A stretch of DNA of 64,000 nucleotides from Pelagomonas calceolata (taxonomy: Eukaryota): NCBI GenBank assembly GCA_918797485.1, contig CAKKNE010000001.1, positions 682,001 to 746,000 of the forward strand. The letters run 5' to 3'. The notes under the pieces were generated by a model, which did no database searches, was not told where the DNA came from, and worked only from the letters and a program-made list of their open reading frames with translations. Positions 12,667 through 22,972 of this stretch are shown in pieces; position 1 is the stretch's first letter, and each line of letters opens with the position of its first letter. Both the position numbers and the translations under genes were made by a program.

Positions 12667-13722
12667 ATGCGCCGCCTCGCGACCCTCCTGCTCGCGCTGG
12701 CGACACACGCCTACAAGGACCCCGACGGCTTCGTCGTCGCCGGCTACCTGCCCGAATGGCGCTACGAGGGCGCGCACTGGGAGAGCCTGGCGACGCACCT
12801 CACGCATTTGATCTTCTTTTCGGCGGAACCGAAGCCCGACGGGACGATCACCGGCTTAGATCGCTTACCGAGACCCGAACTTTTGAAGGAAGCGAGAAAA
12901 GCCGCCGACGACAACGACCTGAAGCTCCTCGTGTGCTTCGGTGGGAATGGGAGAAGTTCGGGCTTCGCGGCGATGACCGGCTCCGACAAGTCGCGGAAGA
13001 AATTTGTGGAAAATCTCGCGAAGCTCCTAGAGAAAAAAAAATTAGACGGCGTCGACTACAACTGGGAGTACCCGGGCCACTCGTTCCAGACGGGTTATAG
13101 TGAGGCGCGCATTTCTCGCGAATGGCGGGGCTTGAAGTTACTCTTGGAGGAAACTAGGAGAGCGTTACCAAATGCCGTCATCAGCGTGGCCTACTATCCC
13201 GACGGAAGGCAAGAGAACTTGTTAGCGGCGGCCTCGGAGAACGCGGACGTGAATCACTACCACGCCATGGCCTACGACCAGCACGGCGAGCACCACTCGA
13301 CCTTTGGATTCGCGGAGCGGGTCGTCGAGAACGCCCTCAGTAGTAACTTGGATCCCTCGAAATGCACGCTGGGCTTACCGTTTTATGGGAGGCATGCTGA
13401 TGGCCGGTGGGAGACCTACGAAGATTTACTTAAAAGGGGTGCGGCGTATCATACGGATTTAGATAGTGTAGCACCAGCTAGAGACGGCGAGACGGGCGGC
13501 TGGGCCTTCAACTCGCCTTCCGCCATCGTCGCAAAAACAAAACTCGCGCGGCGGCGTCTCGGCGGCGTCATGGTCTGGGAAGCCGGTCAAGATTGCAGGT
13601 TGGGCGAGACGAGACATCGGACGTCGCGCGAGGTCCACGTCAGGACCTGCGGCAACGACGACGACAGCTTGTTGGTGGCGGTCGCGCGGGGGCGGGCCGA
13701 GTCGTCTTCGGGGGAGCTGTAA
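12667..13722 (+). CDS. Secreted glycoside hydrolase family 18 (chitinase-like)
   Basis: Signal peptide, VAGYLPEW, THLIF, DGVDYNWEYP catalytic motif, MAYD, LGLPFYGR, GGVMVWE. Confidence 0.9.
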   Translation: MRRLATLLLALATHAYKDPDGFVVAGYLPEWRYEGAHWESLATHLTHLIFFSAEPKPDGTITGLDRLPRPELLKEARKAADDNDLKLLVCFGGNGRSSGFAAMTGSDKSRKKFVENLAKLLEKKKLDGVDYNWEYPGHSFQTGYSEARISREWRGLKLLLEETRRALPNAVISVAYYPDGRQENLLAAASENADVNHYHAMAYDQHGEHHSTFGFAERVVENALSSNLDPSKCTLGLPFYGRHADGRWETYEDLLKRGAAYHTDLDSVAPARDGETGGWAFNSPSAIVAKTKLARRRLGGVMVWEAGQDCRLGETRHRTSREVHVRTCGNDDDSLLVAVARGRAESSSGEL

Positions 13723-13745
13723 TTTTCTTGTGGTTAGTCTTATTT

Positions 13746-14594
13746 CTAGGGTCGGCGCCAGTTCCCGAGCCACGCGTACTCGACGACCAGCCAGAAGCAT
13801 GGATCCGGCACGCCCACGGCCGTCGACGTGTCGAAGAGCCGCCAGACGACTAAGGTGGTCTCGGGACCGGCGCGCGCCCGTTTACGCGCGAGCAGCGACC
13901 GGAGGCGGAGCAATGCCATGTAGTCCTTCAGCACCCAGCGCTTGTAGCTGTGGCCGGCGAGGCGCGTGCCTTCGAGGATCGATGCCGATTCGGCATAGCG
14001 ATCGCCTCTTTCAGTCATGGTCTGCAGCCATTGCGATAGCGAGCCCTGGTCGGGCTCGCGATCAGCCACGTACTGGCGACAGTAGGCAGCTTCGGCGTTG
14101 GCGAGCTCTTCAAGAGTTCTATTACTAAAAACACCATCAAAACGAGCGGTGGTGAGAGCAACGCCAGCGGCCAATAGCATTCGCACGATACGCGGTTTTT
14201 CCAGATGTATTTCATAATAGATTATCCTTGGTCCATCTACTATTCCAGAAGTGTTGGCACCGCGAGCCAGGAGAAATTCGACGCAGTCAGCACTACGACT
14301 TGATACTGCCCACATGAGCGCGGTCCAGCCTGGGCTGTGCTCGCCTGCGGTGCAGGTAACGTTCACGTCCGCGCCGTGATCGACGAGGAGGCGCACGAGG
14401 TCGAGGCGGCCCATGCATGCCGCGACCATGAGTAACGTCGATCCTTGTGCGAAGGAGACATCGGTGCCGTGAAACACATGCGCAAGACCTTGATCCGGGT
14501 CGCCGCCCTGCGCGAGCCAATTTTTTATGGCGGGCTCACCATCGATAGCGCTTTCGAATACCTCCTCTAGTAGCAAGGGCTCGGATTCAGCCAT
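13746..14594 (-). CDS. Ankyrin-repeat protein
   Basis: GSTLLMVAACMGRLDLVRLLVDHGADVN and GWTALMWAVSSRSADCVEFLLARGAN; ATG chosen at 14594 (MAESEPL). Confidence 0.8.
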   Translation of the reverse strand: MAESEPLLLEEVFESAIDGEPAIKNWLAQGGDPDQGLAHVFHGTDVSFAQGSTLLMVAACMGRLDLVRLLVDHGADVNVTCTAGEHSPGWTALMWAVSSRSADCVEFLLARGANTSGIVDGPRIIYYEIHLEKPRIVRMLLAAGVALTTARFDGVFSNRTLEELANAEAAYCRQYVADREPDQGSLSQWLQTMTERGDRYAESASILEGTRLAGHSYKRWVLKDYMALLRLRSLLARKRARAGPETTLVVWRLFDTSTAVGVPDPCFWLVVEYAWLGNWRRP

Positions 14595-14817
14595 TCTAGG
14601 CGCAGCCGAGCGCTGCGCCTCAAAATTTAGCCGAAAGGGAGCGCAGCGAGTTGCCACTACTAGGTGGCCTTGTGGGCTCTGCGTAAATACCGCTTCCGAA
14701 GACCCCAAACCCCTGCAGTGGCTGGCGCGAGGTGCGTGGACAGCGATTCGTGACTCGCGTCGAACAAATCCAGCTTCTGCTCGGGAACGAGCAAAAACAA
14801 GAGCCGAGCCTGAGCGA

Positions 14818-14840
14818 GCTAGCGGCTGTAAGACACTAGC
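14818..14840 (+). repeat. Intergenic dyad element (23 bp)
   Basis: GCTAGCGGCTGTAAGACACTAGC. Confidence 0.9.
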
Positions 14841-15020
14841 AAGCAAGCGCGTTTCAGGATTACCCTAAACGGGACCGTGTCTCCGGTTGTCAGACGTCCC
14901 GGTATCTTCCAGAACCCGTTTTGTTCGACCCATGATATATCTCTAGTCTAGTAGCGTCGTGGTCAACCGGAGAATATATATCTGGTATATTTTTAATCGG
15001 AGGGGAAGCTAGGAGTCGAG

Positions 15021-16922
15021 TCACGTCCAGTTCAGCTGCGCGAGCTTGCCCGCGACCTTCGTCAGGTGGAAGTCGATGGCCTCGTCGTACATGTCCACGA
15101 GATCCCCGCTGTCGTCGGCGGCCCAAACTTGAGCGCGCCGCGCCGTCGTGCTGCCGTAGCTATGTTCGACGTTCGCGTCTAACTCGTTGTGGCGGTAGCG
15201 GTATTCGAGCCACGTGAGCGAGACCTGGAAGAGCGCGCCCATGGACTGGGGCACGATACGCCGGAACTCCTGGAACGCCTGGCGAGCGGTAACCTCGGCC
15301 GACCCGCCACCCACGGTCTCGGAATCGTCGCCCTCGTCTTCGGACGTCGGCTCGTTGTCCCGGCCCCCGTAGACGTAGGGTCCCGCTTCTCCCCTCGCGC
15401 GCGCGCGAGCGCACGACTCCGCACAAAGCACGTTGCAGTCGTGGTCCCACCGGTGCGCGACGCCCTGCCACTTCGGGCCGCTGTTCGCGCTGCAGCCCAA
15501 GTGGAGCCGACACTCGAGGCTTTCCGAGTCACCCCCCAGGGGCGCGACGCGAAAAAAGCACAAACCCGTGCACGTGTCTGCGCCGTACTCGTAGAAGCCG
15601 TCGTGTGGCCCGTTTGGACCTGTGGCGTCCATCAGGGCCTCTGGAAAGTGGATCGTGTGGCGACCCTCGGGACGCGGGTCGGGCAGCTTCGACCCGCGCA
15701 CGTCCACGATCTGACACATTTTCCCGTCGTTGTCGCGCACGGCGGTCACTACCAGCCGCCAGGGCCGGCACCACTCGGACGTGTAATCGTCCATGTACGT
15801 GTCGATCGGGACCGAGTGCGTGCGCATGACGCGGCCGCGGTCGTCGAGCGGCAGCAGCGCTTGCACGATGCCATCTTCGCTCGCGCGCACCGTCGCCGCC
15901 CAGAGCAGATTTTCCGTCTCGTCGCCGAGGTCGGTGGGGGCGTCGAGATGGGGCGGAGGGCCCCGAATGGCGAAATGCGGCGGACCGGCGAAGGCGTGCC
16001 GGAGCTCGTCCGTGACGAAGTCGCGCTGCTCCTCCCCGAGGTCCTCGCCCGGGCGAGGGTGCTCCTTCCAGTACTCGCGGTCCTTGTCGCGGCGGCGCCG
16101 GCTCTTGTCGACCTCGAACAGCTCGAAGATGAACGAGATGTCGGAGAGCGGGTGCGCTCTCGCGCCGGCGCTCAGCTCTGCATAGGGCGTCTTGCCCTCC
16201 TGGACCACCGTCGCGCACGTGAACTTCTCCCTCTCGTAGTGCTCACCACCGCTCTCCGCGGGCATCTTCCCGCTGATGCGGTACGCGGCCGCCGCGCGCC
16301 GGCCGGCGAGGCACCGCGAGCGGAAGAGCGCGCGGAAGGAGCACCCCGTCGGCGGGACCGGCACCCGGAAGGGCGAGACGATGGAGTCCGCGAAGTAGCG
16401 GCTGCGCCGCAGCAACGACGCGGCCGTCTCCTCGCCGCGGTCCTCCTCGTCCATAGGAACCACTTCCTCCCTAGACGGCGCGGTTTCCGGCGCCGGGAGC
16501 GGGCCGTCGCGGGCGCGGACGTGCGCCGGCGAGCACCGCAGGAAGAGCGCGCGCCAGACCGAGTCCTTGGCGGAGGCCTCCTGCCATTCCTTGCTCACCA
16601 GGCCGCACCCGAGGAGCGCTCGCCCCGCCTCGCTCGCCGTGTCGAAGGGGGCGTGTTGGACCAGGGCCGTGAGGATCTTTTCAATCACGTCGCCGGGGAG
16701 CGAGGACGCCGGCGACGGAGGACCGACGACCGTCGCGGCGTCATCGGCCGCCGGAGCCGCGGGGGCGCCCATCGTCCCGGGGCCTCTCTTGCACGGCGAG
16801 GTCTGCGGCTTGCCGGCGCCGGACGTCTCGCCCGCGCCGGACGTCTCGTCCTGTCTGCCGCCTCTGGTTGTAAAATTTGTCTCAGAGGCTTCCTGCGTCC
16901 GCTTTTTCTCGTCGTCTGCCAT
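15021..16922 (-). CDS. F-box domain protein
   Basis: LPGDVIEKILTAL...CGLVSKEWQEASAKDSVWRALF F-box-like motif; 633-aa intronless ORF. Confidence 0.65.
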   Translation of the reverse strand: MADDEKKRTQEASETNFTTRGGRQDETSGAGETSGAGKPQTSPCKRGPGTMGAPAAPAADDAATVVGPPSPASSLPGDVIEKILTALVQHAPFDTASEAGRALLGCGLVSKEWQEASAKDSVWRALFLRCSPAHVRARDGPLPAPETAPSREEVVPMDEEDRGEETAASLLRRSRYFADSIVSPFRVPVPPTGCSFRALFRSRCLAGRRAAAAYRISGKMPAESGGEHYEREKFTCATVVQEGKTPYAELSAGARAHPLSDISFIFELFEVDKSRRRRDKDREYWKEHPRPGEDLGEEQRDFVTDELRHAFAGPPHFAIRGPPPHLDAPTDLGDETENLLWAATVRASEDGIVQALLPLDDRGRVMRTHSVPIDTYMDDYTSEWCRPWRLVVTAVRDNDGKMCQIVDVRGSKLPDPRPEGRHTIHFPEALMDATGPNGPHDGFYEYGADTCTGLCFFRVAPLGGDSESLECRLHLGCSANSGPKWQGVAHRWDHDCNVLCAESCARARARGEAGPYVYGGRDNEPTSEDEGDDSETVGGGSAEVTARQAFQEFRRIVPQSMGALFQVSLTWLEYRYRHNELDANVEHSYGSTTARRAQVWAADDSGDLVDMYDEAIDFHLTKVAGKLAQLNWT

Positions 16923-17014
16923 GGTCGCCGGTAATAATAGAAAGCCTTGCGTCGACTGTCGCTACGTAAGCGCAATAATACGCCCTGGTAGCCGGGCGCG
17001 CTGGAAATCCGCGG

Positions 17015-17038
17015 GCTAGCGGCCTGTAAGACACTAGC
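17015..17038 (+). repeat. 24-bp intergenic dyad element (consensus)
   Basis: GCTAGCGGCCTGTAAGACACTAGC. Confidence 0.9.
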
Positions 17039-17087
17039 AAGAACGGACTCAAAACATAGGAGATATTAGGCCGAGGTCACACGTCAG

Positions 17088-19451
17088 TCACGCCTTCGTC
17101 GACCACGTATACCGCGGCGGAGGAGCAGAAGCCTTGACCTCGGGAGGCGGCGGCGGCGGCGGCCGCGCGCGCTGAGAATCGGGAACCCCGACGTCGCCCC
17201 GCGCGAGGCGCTCCCGCGCGTTCCTGACGTTCGTGTCGATCTGGTGGTGCACGGCCGGCAGTAATAACTGGGCCGCTTTTTCATATTTCTCCAGAGCTTC
17301 CTGAACTCGCCCGCGCGTCTCGAGGAAAAAACCGTAGTTGTTCAACACTTCGGGCGAGTCCGGCGCCACCTGCATGGCCCGCTCATAGAAGTCCGCCGTC
17401 CTTTGATCGTCTGATCCTTGATCACTTAGAATTGAGGCGGCATTCGCCAGACACTCCGAGCTCCCGGGAACTCTTTCAAGACACGCCTCGAAGGCCACCA
17501 GCGCACCCTGGTCGTCTTTCCGGCCTCGCCGCGCCAAACCGATCAAATTCAGACACGCATCCGCCTTGACCCATCGATCGGGATGTATGCCTTGCTCGCG
17601 GTACTGCTCCGACAGATTCCACGCGTTCACCGAAGAAATCTCGGCAGCTTCAAAGTCGTCGCGCTCGAACGCGATCGACGCGGCGGCCCAGTGCGTCAGG
17701 GGCAGCTCCGGGTCGCCCCGCTGGATGTGATCCGCGGCGAGGTCGATGAGCGACATTCTTAGTAATTGAATCTTGGGGTCATTCAAGAATTCCAGCGGTT
17801 TCGCTAACAACCACAGCTCCTGGCCGAGGTACGTTTCGATGCGTTGGTCCGTGCCTCCGGGTGTTGCTGTGAGAGCATCCGCGAAATCGCGAGCTGCGGC
17901 TACTCGTCTGTCTTCGAGATGATGCACCAAGCCCCGATTAAACAATGCGGAGGGGAACCCCTTGTAGGTCCCCAAAGCATCATCCAATAAAGCTCTAGCT
18001 CGCGGTAAGTCCCGCTGTTTTATTGTTTCGGCGTCATGGCCATTTAACAGAACTAAAGCTAGGTTGTTCAGGATTTTTAGACTGCGAGGACAGACATCCA
18101 ATGAAGCTTCAAACAGGGACCGCTCCGAGGACCAGGCTGAATTGCGATCGACGGTTCTGATAGAGCCCAGTAACAGTGCAGAGAGTAACGAGAGCTTCTG
18201 CGACCTTGATACGGCACCGCGACTCGGCACTATGGAAGAATACAAACCGGTGTCCGGAGCGCTGCTACAGACTTCATCTACTTTGAGGTAGCGACATAAG
18301 GCCGCGACGCCGATGCTGAAGCCGACCGACGGTAGATACAACAATCGCTCGCCGACGGGCGTGCCCACCGGTAATAAGATGTGGGCCGCGGGTAGGAACG
18401 GCACTAATCCTAACGCCAAAGCCAGTAAAACGTGGCGCTTTTTGTTAGAGAGGCCCTCGTATGCCATATAAGCTATAAACGAGTACAGTATCAAAGGGTA
18501 GGCGTTGCGCCGATCGTTTAAGTGGAGAATGTGGGGCAGGCAGGGGTAGCCATAATCATAACATAGATAACAGGGCGTTATGAGTTTGACGAAGTAGCGC
18601 CAGTGGAAGTGGGCATACGTTAGATAAGTGGCAAGTCGGTCATCTGCTAAATCAGCAGCCACGGAGTTTTCGAGGAGCGTCCACTTATAGAGTAGGTGTT
18701 GGCCGTGTCTCCTGGTATGTAGCCACAACACTCCAAGAACGCCGGTGAGGGCCGCTGTTGTTCTTAGAATAAACGCCTTGGATCTCGCGAGGCGTTTTCC
18801 GGCTTTCATTACTGTGGGAGAGGCACAGATCACGTCGACGACGTCGAAGGCCACAAATAAAGCGAACGTAGCGACGCCGACCTCCTTGGCGAGCGACGCG
18901 AGCAAGGCCACGACGAACGCGAGCATCGCGGCGAACCCGCCTCTTTGATAGAGTACAATGGCAAACAATGCGAGGAACCCCCCCAACACGTCGGCCCGGC
19001 CCACGACGGACGCGACGGGCTCGGAATGGGTCGGGTGCACAACGAAGATTAGCGTGGCGAGCCTCGCACTCGTCTCGTCCTTGCGGAAGGCGTTGCGCGC
19101 CACGCTCAACATCAATGCGCACGAGCAGGCATGGAGCAACACATTGACGAGATGGTACCCCAAAGGTGCATAGCCGTGGACCAGGTAGTTCATGCGAAAC
19201 GACCACGTCGCGAGCGGCCGCCAGGACTTGTGCGAGTCCGGCGCGGCCATGGGCTGGCCCCAGTAGTCGTGGTTCAGGTAGTCGGGGCCCGTGGCCACGT
19301 CCTTGTTGTAGGTCACTGACGCGCGGTCGTCCCAGACGACGCCGTTCCGCACGGAATTGACATGTAGCGCTAGCGATAACAAAAAGGCGGCTTTTCTAGG
19401 ATGGCGATCACACCAAACCAGCATCCTCGGTAGGAGGCCCCGGGGCTTCAT
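17088..19451 (-). CDS. TMTC: TMTC-type protein O-mannosyltransferase (transmembrane + TPR)
   Basis: WDD, HDYWG..SHKSWRPL, HPTHSEPV..VVGRADVL, GTPVGERLLYLPSVG, many TM segments, C-terminal TPR repeats. Confidence 0.9.
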   Translation of the reverse strand: MKPRGLLPRMLVWCDRHPRKAAFLLSLALHVNSVRNGVVWDDRASVTYNKDVATGPDYLNHDYWGQPMAAPDSHKSWRPLATWSFRMNYLVHGYAPLGYHLVNVLLHACSCALMLSVARNAFRKDETSARLATLIFVVHPTHSEPVASVVGRADVLGGFLALFAIVLYQRGGFAAMLAFVVALLASLAKEVGVATFALFVAFDVVDVICASPTVMKAGKRLARSKAFILRTTAALTGVLGVLWLHTRRHGQHLLYKWTLLENSVAADLADDRLATYLTYAHFHWRYFVKLITPCYLCYDYGYPCLPHILHLNDRRNAYPLILYSFIAYMAYEGLSNKKRHVLLALALGLVPFLPAAHILLPVGTPVGERLLYLPSVGFSIGVAALCRYLKVDEVCSSAPDTGLYSSIVPSRGAVSRSQKLSLLSALLLGSIRTVDRNSAWSSERSLFEASLDVCPRSLKILNNLALVLLNGHDAETIKQRDLPRARALLDDALGTYKGFPSALFNRGLVHHLEDRRVAAARDFADALTATPGGTDQRIETYLGQELWLLAKPLEFLNDPKIQLLRMSLIDLAADHIQRGDPELPLTHWAAASIAFERDDFEAAEISSVNAWNLSEQYREQGIHPDRWVKADACLNLIGLARRGRKDDQGALVAFEACLERVPGSSECLANAASILSDQGSDDQRTADFYERAMQVAPDSPEVLNNYGFFLETRGRVQEALEKYEKAAQLLLPAVHHQIDTNVRNARERLARGDVGVPDSQRARPPPPPPPEVKASAPPPRYTWSTKA

Positions 19452-19600
19452 TTCTTCGCTTGCTCCTTCGGCGGGGCAGCCCGCCGCCCTTTGAGAATGG
19501 CTGCCAGGGGCAGGTGCGTCTTGGCCTTGGCCAGGCGCCGCTGGAACTCCTTCTCCTTCTCGGCGAGGCTCTTGGCCGCCTCGGGTTTGAGGCCCTCCAT
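19448..19600 (-). CDS. 50-aa basic ORF whose stop overlaps the TMTC start codon (ATGA)
   Basis: MEGLKPEAAKSLAEKEKEFQRRLAKAKTHLPLAAILKGRRAAPPKEQAKK*; coding-like codon usage; below the ORF-track length cutoff. Confidence 0.45.
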   Translation of the reverse strand: MEGLKPEAAKSLAEKEKEFQRRLAKAKTHLPLAAILKGRRAAPPKEQAKK

Positions 19601-19635
19601 TTATTTGACGCGCGGCAGCGTCGTCTCCGCTGTAA

Positions 19636-19659
19636 GCTAGTGCGTGTGTGTACGCTAGC
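19636..19659 (-). repeat. 24-bp dyad element, arms conserved, core divergent
   Basis: Reverse complement reads GCTAGCGTACACACACGCACTAGC. Confidence 0.7.
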
Positions 19660-19715
19660 TCTACACAACTTGCAAACTGGAGGCTACGACGCTGTCGGGC
19701 TGCCCAACTTGCTGG

Positions 19716-20840
19716 ATGATCCTCACAAAATGCGCCGCCTGCGCCACCGAGCTTGGCTTATCCTTGGGCAAGAAATGCGGCCGCTGCAGCACGCGCTACT
19801 GCGGACCCGAATGCCAGGTGCAGCACTGGAAAGAGGGCGGCCACGACCAGCTCTGCAAACCAATAAAAAAGGCTGGTGGCGCGGAGCAATACAACGCAAA
19901 TAAGAAGTACGCGGAGGCCGTCACAGTCGCCGCGGAGGCGTGCGCGGAGGACACCAAGGGCCAGACGTGCTACATCTGCACGCAGGCGCTCCATTGGAAA
20001 ACAAAGGAGGGCCTCGTGCGCGGGTGCTCGTGTCGTGGGACGGCGGGTTTCGCGCACGTGTCGTGCTTGGCGGAGCAGGCGAAGATTTTGGTCGCGGAGG
20101 CCGAGGAGAACAATTCAGACGACTCGCAGTGGCATCGGTGGAACACGTGCAGTCTGTGCGAGCAAGAGTACCATGGGGTGGTGGTGTGCGCGCTTGGGTG
20201 GGCGTGCTGGAAGACGTACCTGGGTCGGCTGGAGGCGGACGAGCTTCGGATCGGCGCTTTGTCGCTGCTCGGGAACGGTTTATCTGATGCAGGACATAAC
20301 GAGGACGCGTTGCCCGTGAGAGAGGCCGAGTTGGCTATGAGGCGGCGCCTTGGCGCCTCAGAAGAAAACATTCTCGTCGTGCAGAGCAATCTTGCAATTA
20401 CGTATGGAGAGCTAGGAGACCTTGAGAGGGCCCTAAGCATGGAGCAAGAAGTATACTCCGGACGTTTGAAGCTCAACGGCGAGGATCACGAAGAGACCCT
20501 CATAGCAGCCAGCAACTACGCGACGTCCCTTGTTCGTCTTCAGCGCTTCGGAGAAGCCAAGTCGCTGCTGCGCAAAATAATGCCCGTGGCGCGGCGCGTT
20601 CTCGGAGAGAGCCATCAACTCACGCTCACGATGAGGTGGAATTACGCGATGGTGCTCTACAAGGACGCCAGTGCCACGCTCGGCGATCTCCGCGAGGCCG
20701 TGGAAACGTTCGAGGAGATTGAACGGACATCGCGGCGCGTGTTTGGTGGCGCGCACCCAAACACGCGAGGGATCGAGGTAGCCCTGCAGGAGGCGCGAGA
20801 AGCCCTTCGCGCCCGCGAGGCGCCGTCAGCGAGTGTGTAA
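19716..20840 (+). CDS. MYND zinc finger + RING-variant + TPR protein
   Basis: CAAC..CGRC..YCGPECQVQHW..H..C (MYND); CYIC..CSCRG..HVSCL..W..CSLC (RINGv); kinesin-light-chain-like TPR repeats. Confidence 0.85.
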   Translation: MILTKCAACATELGLSLGKKCGRCSTRYCGPECQVQHWKEGGHDQLCKPIKKAGGAEQYNANKKYAEAVTVAAEACAEDTKGQTCYICTQALHWKTKEGLVRGCSCRGTAGFAHVSCLAEQAKILVAEAEENNSDDSQWHRWNTCSLCEQEYHGVVVCALGWACWKTYLGRLEADELRIGALSLLGNGLSDAGHNEDALPVREAELAMRRRLGASEENILVVQSNLAITYGELGDLERALSMEQEVYSGRLKLNGEDHEETLIAASNYATSLVRLQRFGEAKSLLRKIMPVARRVLGESHQLTLTMRWNYAMVLYKDASATLGDLREAVETFEEIERTSRRVFGGAHPNTRGIEVALQEAREALRAREAPSASV

Positions 20841-20865
20841 GAAGGTACGTTAATCACTTTACTCA

Positions 20866-22563
20866 CTACATCCCCGCCAGCACGCCCTTGACGGACGGCA
20901 GGGCCCGCCGCCTTTCGGAAACCGGCGTCGCGGCCGCCGGTTTTGCGGGCGGCCGCTTTTCGGGAGGCGACGCGCGCGGCGCGGCCTCGCGCCACGAGGG
21001 CGACCGGCGCATCTTCGTCCGTTTACGCGTTTCCTCTTCACCGATTTGCGAGGAAGGCAGCCGTTTAGCTGCCGCCGCGAAGAACTCGACGACGGCGCGG
21101 TCCGCCCACGACCGCCCCCGCCAATCTAGGAAGGACAGGTGGCCCCCTAACAACGTCGTGCAGCACGCAATGAAGGGACTCAGGTTCACCAGCGTCGCGT
21201 CGGAGATGGCGTACTTGCCACAAAAGGGCACGACATTATCATCACTTGACTGCACACAAAGCAACGGACAACTCAACCGCCCTAGATCCGCAAACCCGTC
21301 GTTCGCCTCGTAGTAGGCCTCGGGGTTCGCGTGGCCCCAGGGTTTACAGATGACCGCCGCCTCGATGTCGTAGATCGACCGCGCAAAAAGAACGTCGCGC
21401 TTGCGGCCGCTCTTCCGTCCACTCAAGAACCAGCTTACTTTCAGGGGGATGGCTATGGCGAAGTTTTGTAGACGTGCCAAGGGACCGCTCCGCATCTGGG
21501 CGCTGCTCGCGGCGAAGGATCGCGGCGACGAGACCGTGCATGCAGCTGTCACGCGTGGATTTCTCGAACTCAGATACTTGGCCAGGATCGCACCACCTAA
21601 ACTTTGACCCACGAGAAACAAACGACATTTCGGGCCGACCTCCTTCCTTATATGCTCCAAGACTCCGTCGAAGTCGCGCCACGCATCAGCACTATAAGGT
21701 TTGGTCGATGTGAGCACCCCGGACGCGCCCGCACCCCGATAATCGTAGGCCACGGCGAGGAAGCCCGCACCATCCAACTGGGCCAGTAAGGACCGCACGA
21801 AGCCCGTCTCGCTCGAGTTGTTCAGGCCTGTGTGGAACTCAAAATTTTACGGCGTGCTGAATCGTCGCGTCGTCCTTCACGCCATCGACGCGATGCCTGC
21901 TCGATGGCGTGGCGATGCCGATTTCTCACCGCTCGACGGAGCCGGCACGGCCGCCTGATTTCCACACAGGTTCACGCCAGGGAAGACCACCGCGACGTCG
22001 GACCGCGACGTCTGGTGCGGGCAGCGCCACCAGGACAACGCCACGGTGCCTCCATCATCCAACTGCAAGCGTTCCACGTAGGGCGCCGTCAGCACGCCGC
22101 AGCCGGCGTAGGGCATCCTCGAACCGAGCTGTAACGTGGCGCTCGCTCCATTTAACGCGGTTACCGGGTGCGGCCAGTACCTTCTTCGTACAATGTCACA
22201 GTTGGCCAAAATGTCCTCCGTGACGCCTTTCCGCGACGTCAGCTTCGGCCGTCGCGCGAGCGCGACGTAGGCGCCGAGGTAGCCGACGCAGGCGCCGCCG
22301 GCCGCCCACTTCGCGCTTTGCGGTAATTTCGCGAAGTGATCTTTGATCGACCGGACCATCTCTGAAACCTTGGCGCGGAGGGCGTTGTCGGCGCGCGCGA
22401 GCACCATGAGCGCGTCGTGGCGCGACCGCAGGCGGAGCGTCCTCTCGAGGCACAGCATGAGCTGTGCTACCAGGTTAATGCGTGGCTGCAGCGCGCGCGC
22501 GATGACTACGATCACTACTCCCTTCGAGGCGGCGTCGAGGCACCAGGCGCGGACGCTGCGCAT
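20866..22563 (-). CDS. Alpha/beta hydrolase, ABHD1/3-like
   Basis: GC-AG intron 21828-21977 joins VVFPG|LNNSSETGFVR; GQSLG nucleophile elbow, SSDDNVV, GGHLSF. Start uncertain. Confidence 0.85.
21828..21969. mobile_element. Introner element with TIRs and 8-bp TSD
   Basis: CTGTGTGGAA...TTCCACACAG termini flanked by GTTCAGGC (21820-21827) and GTTCACGC (21970-21977). Confidence 0.9.
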
Positions 22564-22748
22564 TTAATGCTGCTACTGCAGCCTTCAGCCTGCAGTCCAG
22601 TGATTTTATCAGTACGCCGCCTCACGGCTCGAAAACCCTGTATATCGACAGCTCGCAGCCGTTCTTTGATCACGACGTAAGGATTGCAGCACTCGTGGTG
22701 CCAGCACTCGTGCGTGTGCAGCTCACGACTCATCAGCTTGTTGAGCTT

Positions 22749-22772
22749 GCTAGTGTCTTACAGGCCGCTAGC
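22749..22772 (-). repeat. 24-bp intergenic dyad element
   Basis: Exact reverse complement of 17015-17038. Confidence 0.9.
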
Positions 22773-22972
22773 GAGTCATCCTACAATTGTCTCCTACTAT
22801 TAAATGTAGTATGGACGACTTACGCTATCGTCGCGGGGGGGAAGGGCACAGCGGCATAACATTTGCGAGGTCTGCTGCAGCGTAGAATGGCGAACGCGGT
22901 GACCAGGCGCTGCTCCGGCCGCCATTATATAGCGTCGTCCTCAAAGAGCACGACGGTCGCGTCGCCGCCCAT

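Noticed and set aside
15189..16934. 581-aa plus-strand ORF and similar long antisense ORFs (e.g. 35382-36419, 39854-40759)
   Set aside because: Shadow ORFs of GC-rich genes on the opposite strand, Arg/Ala-rich and without domains.
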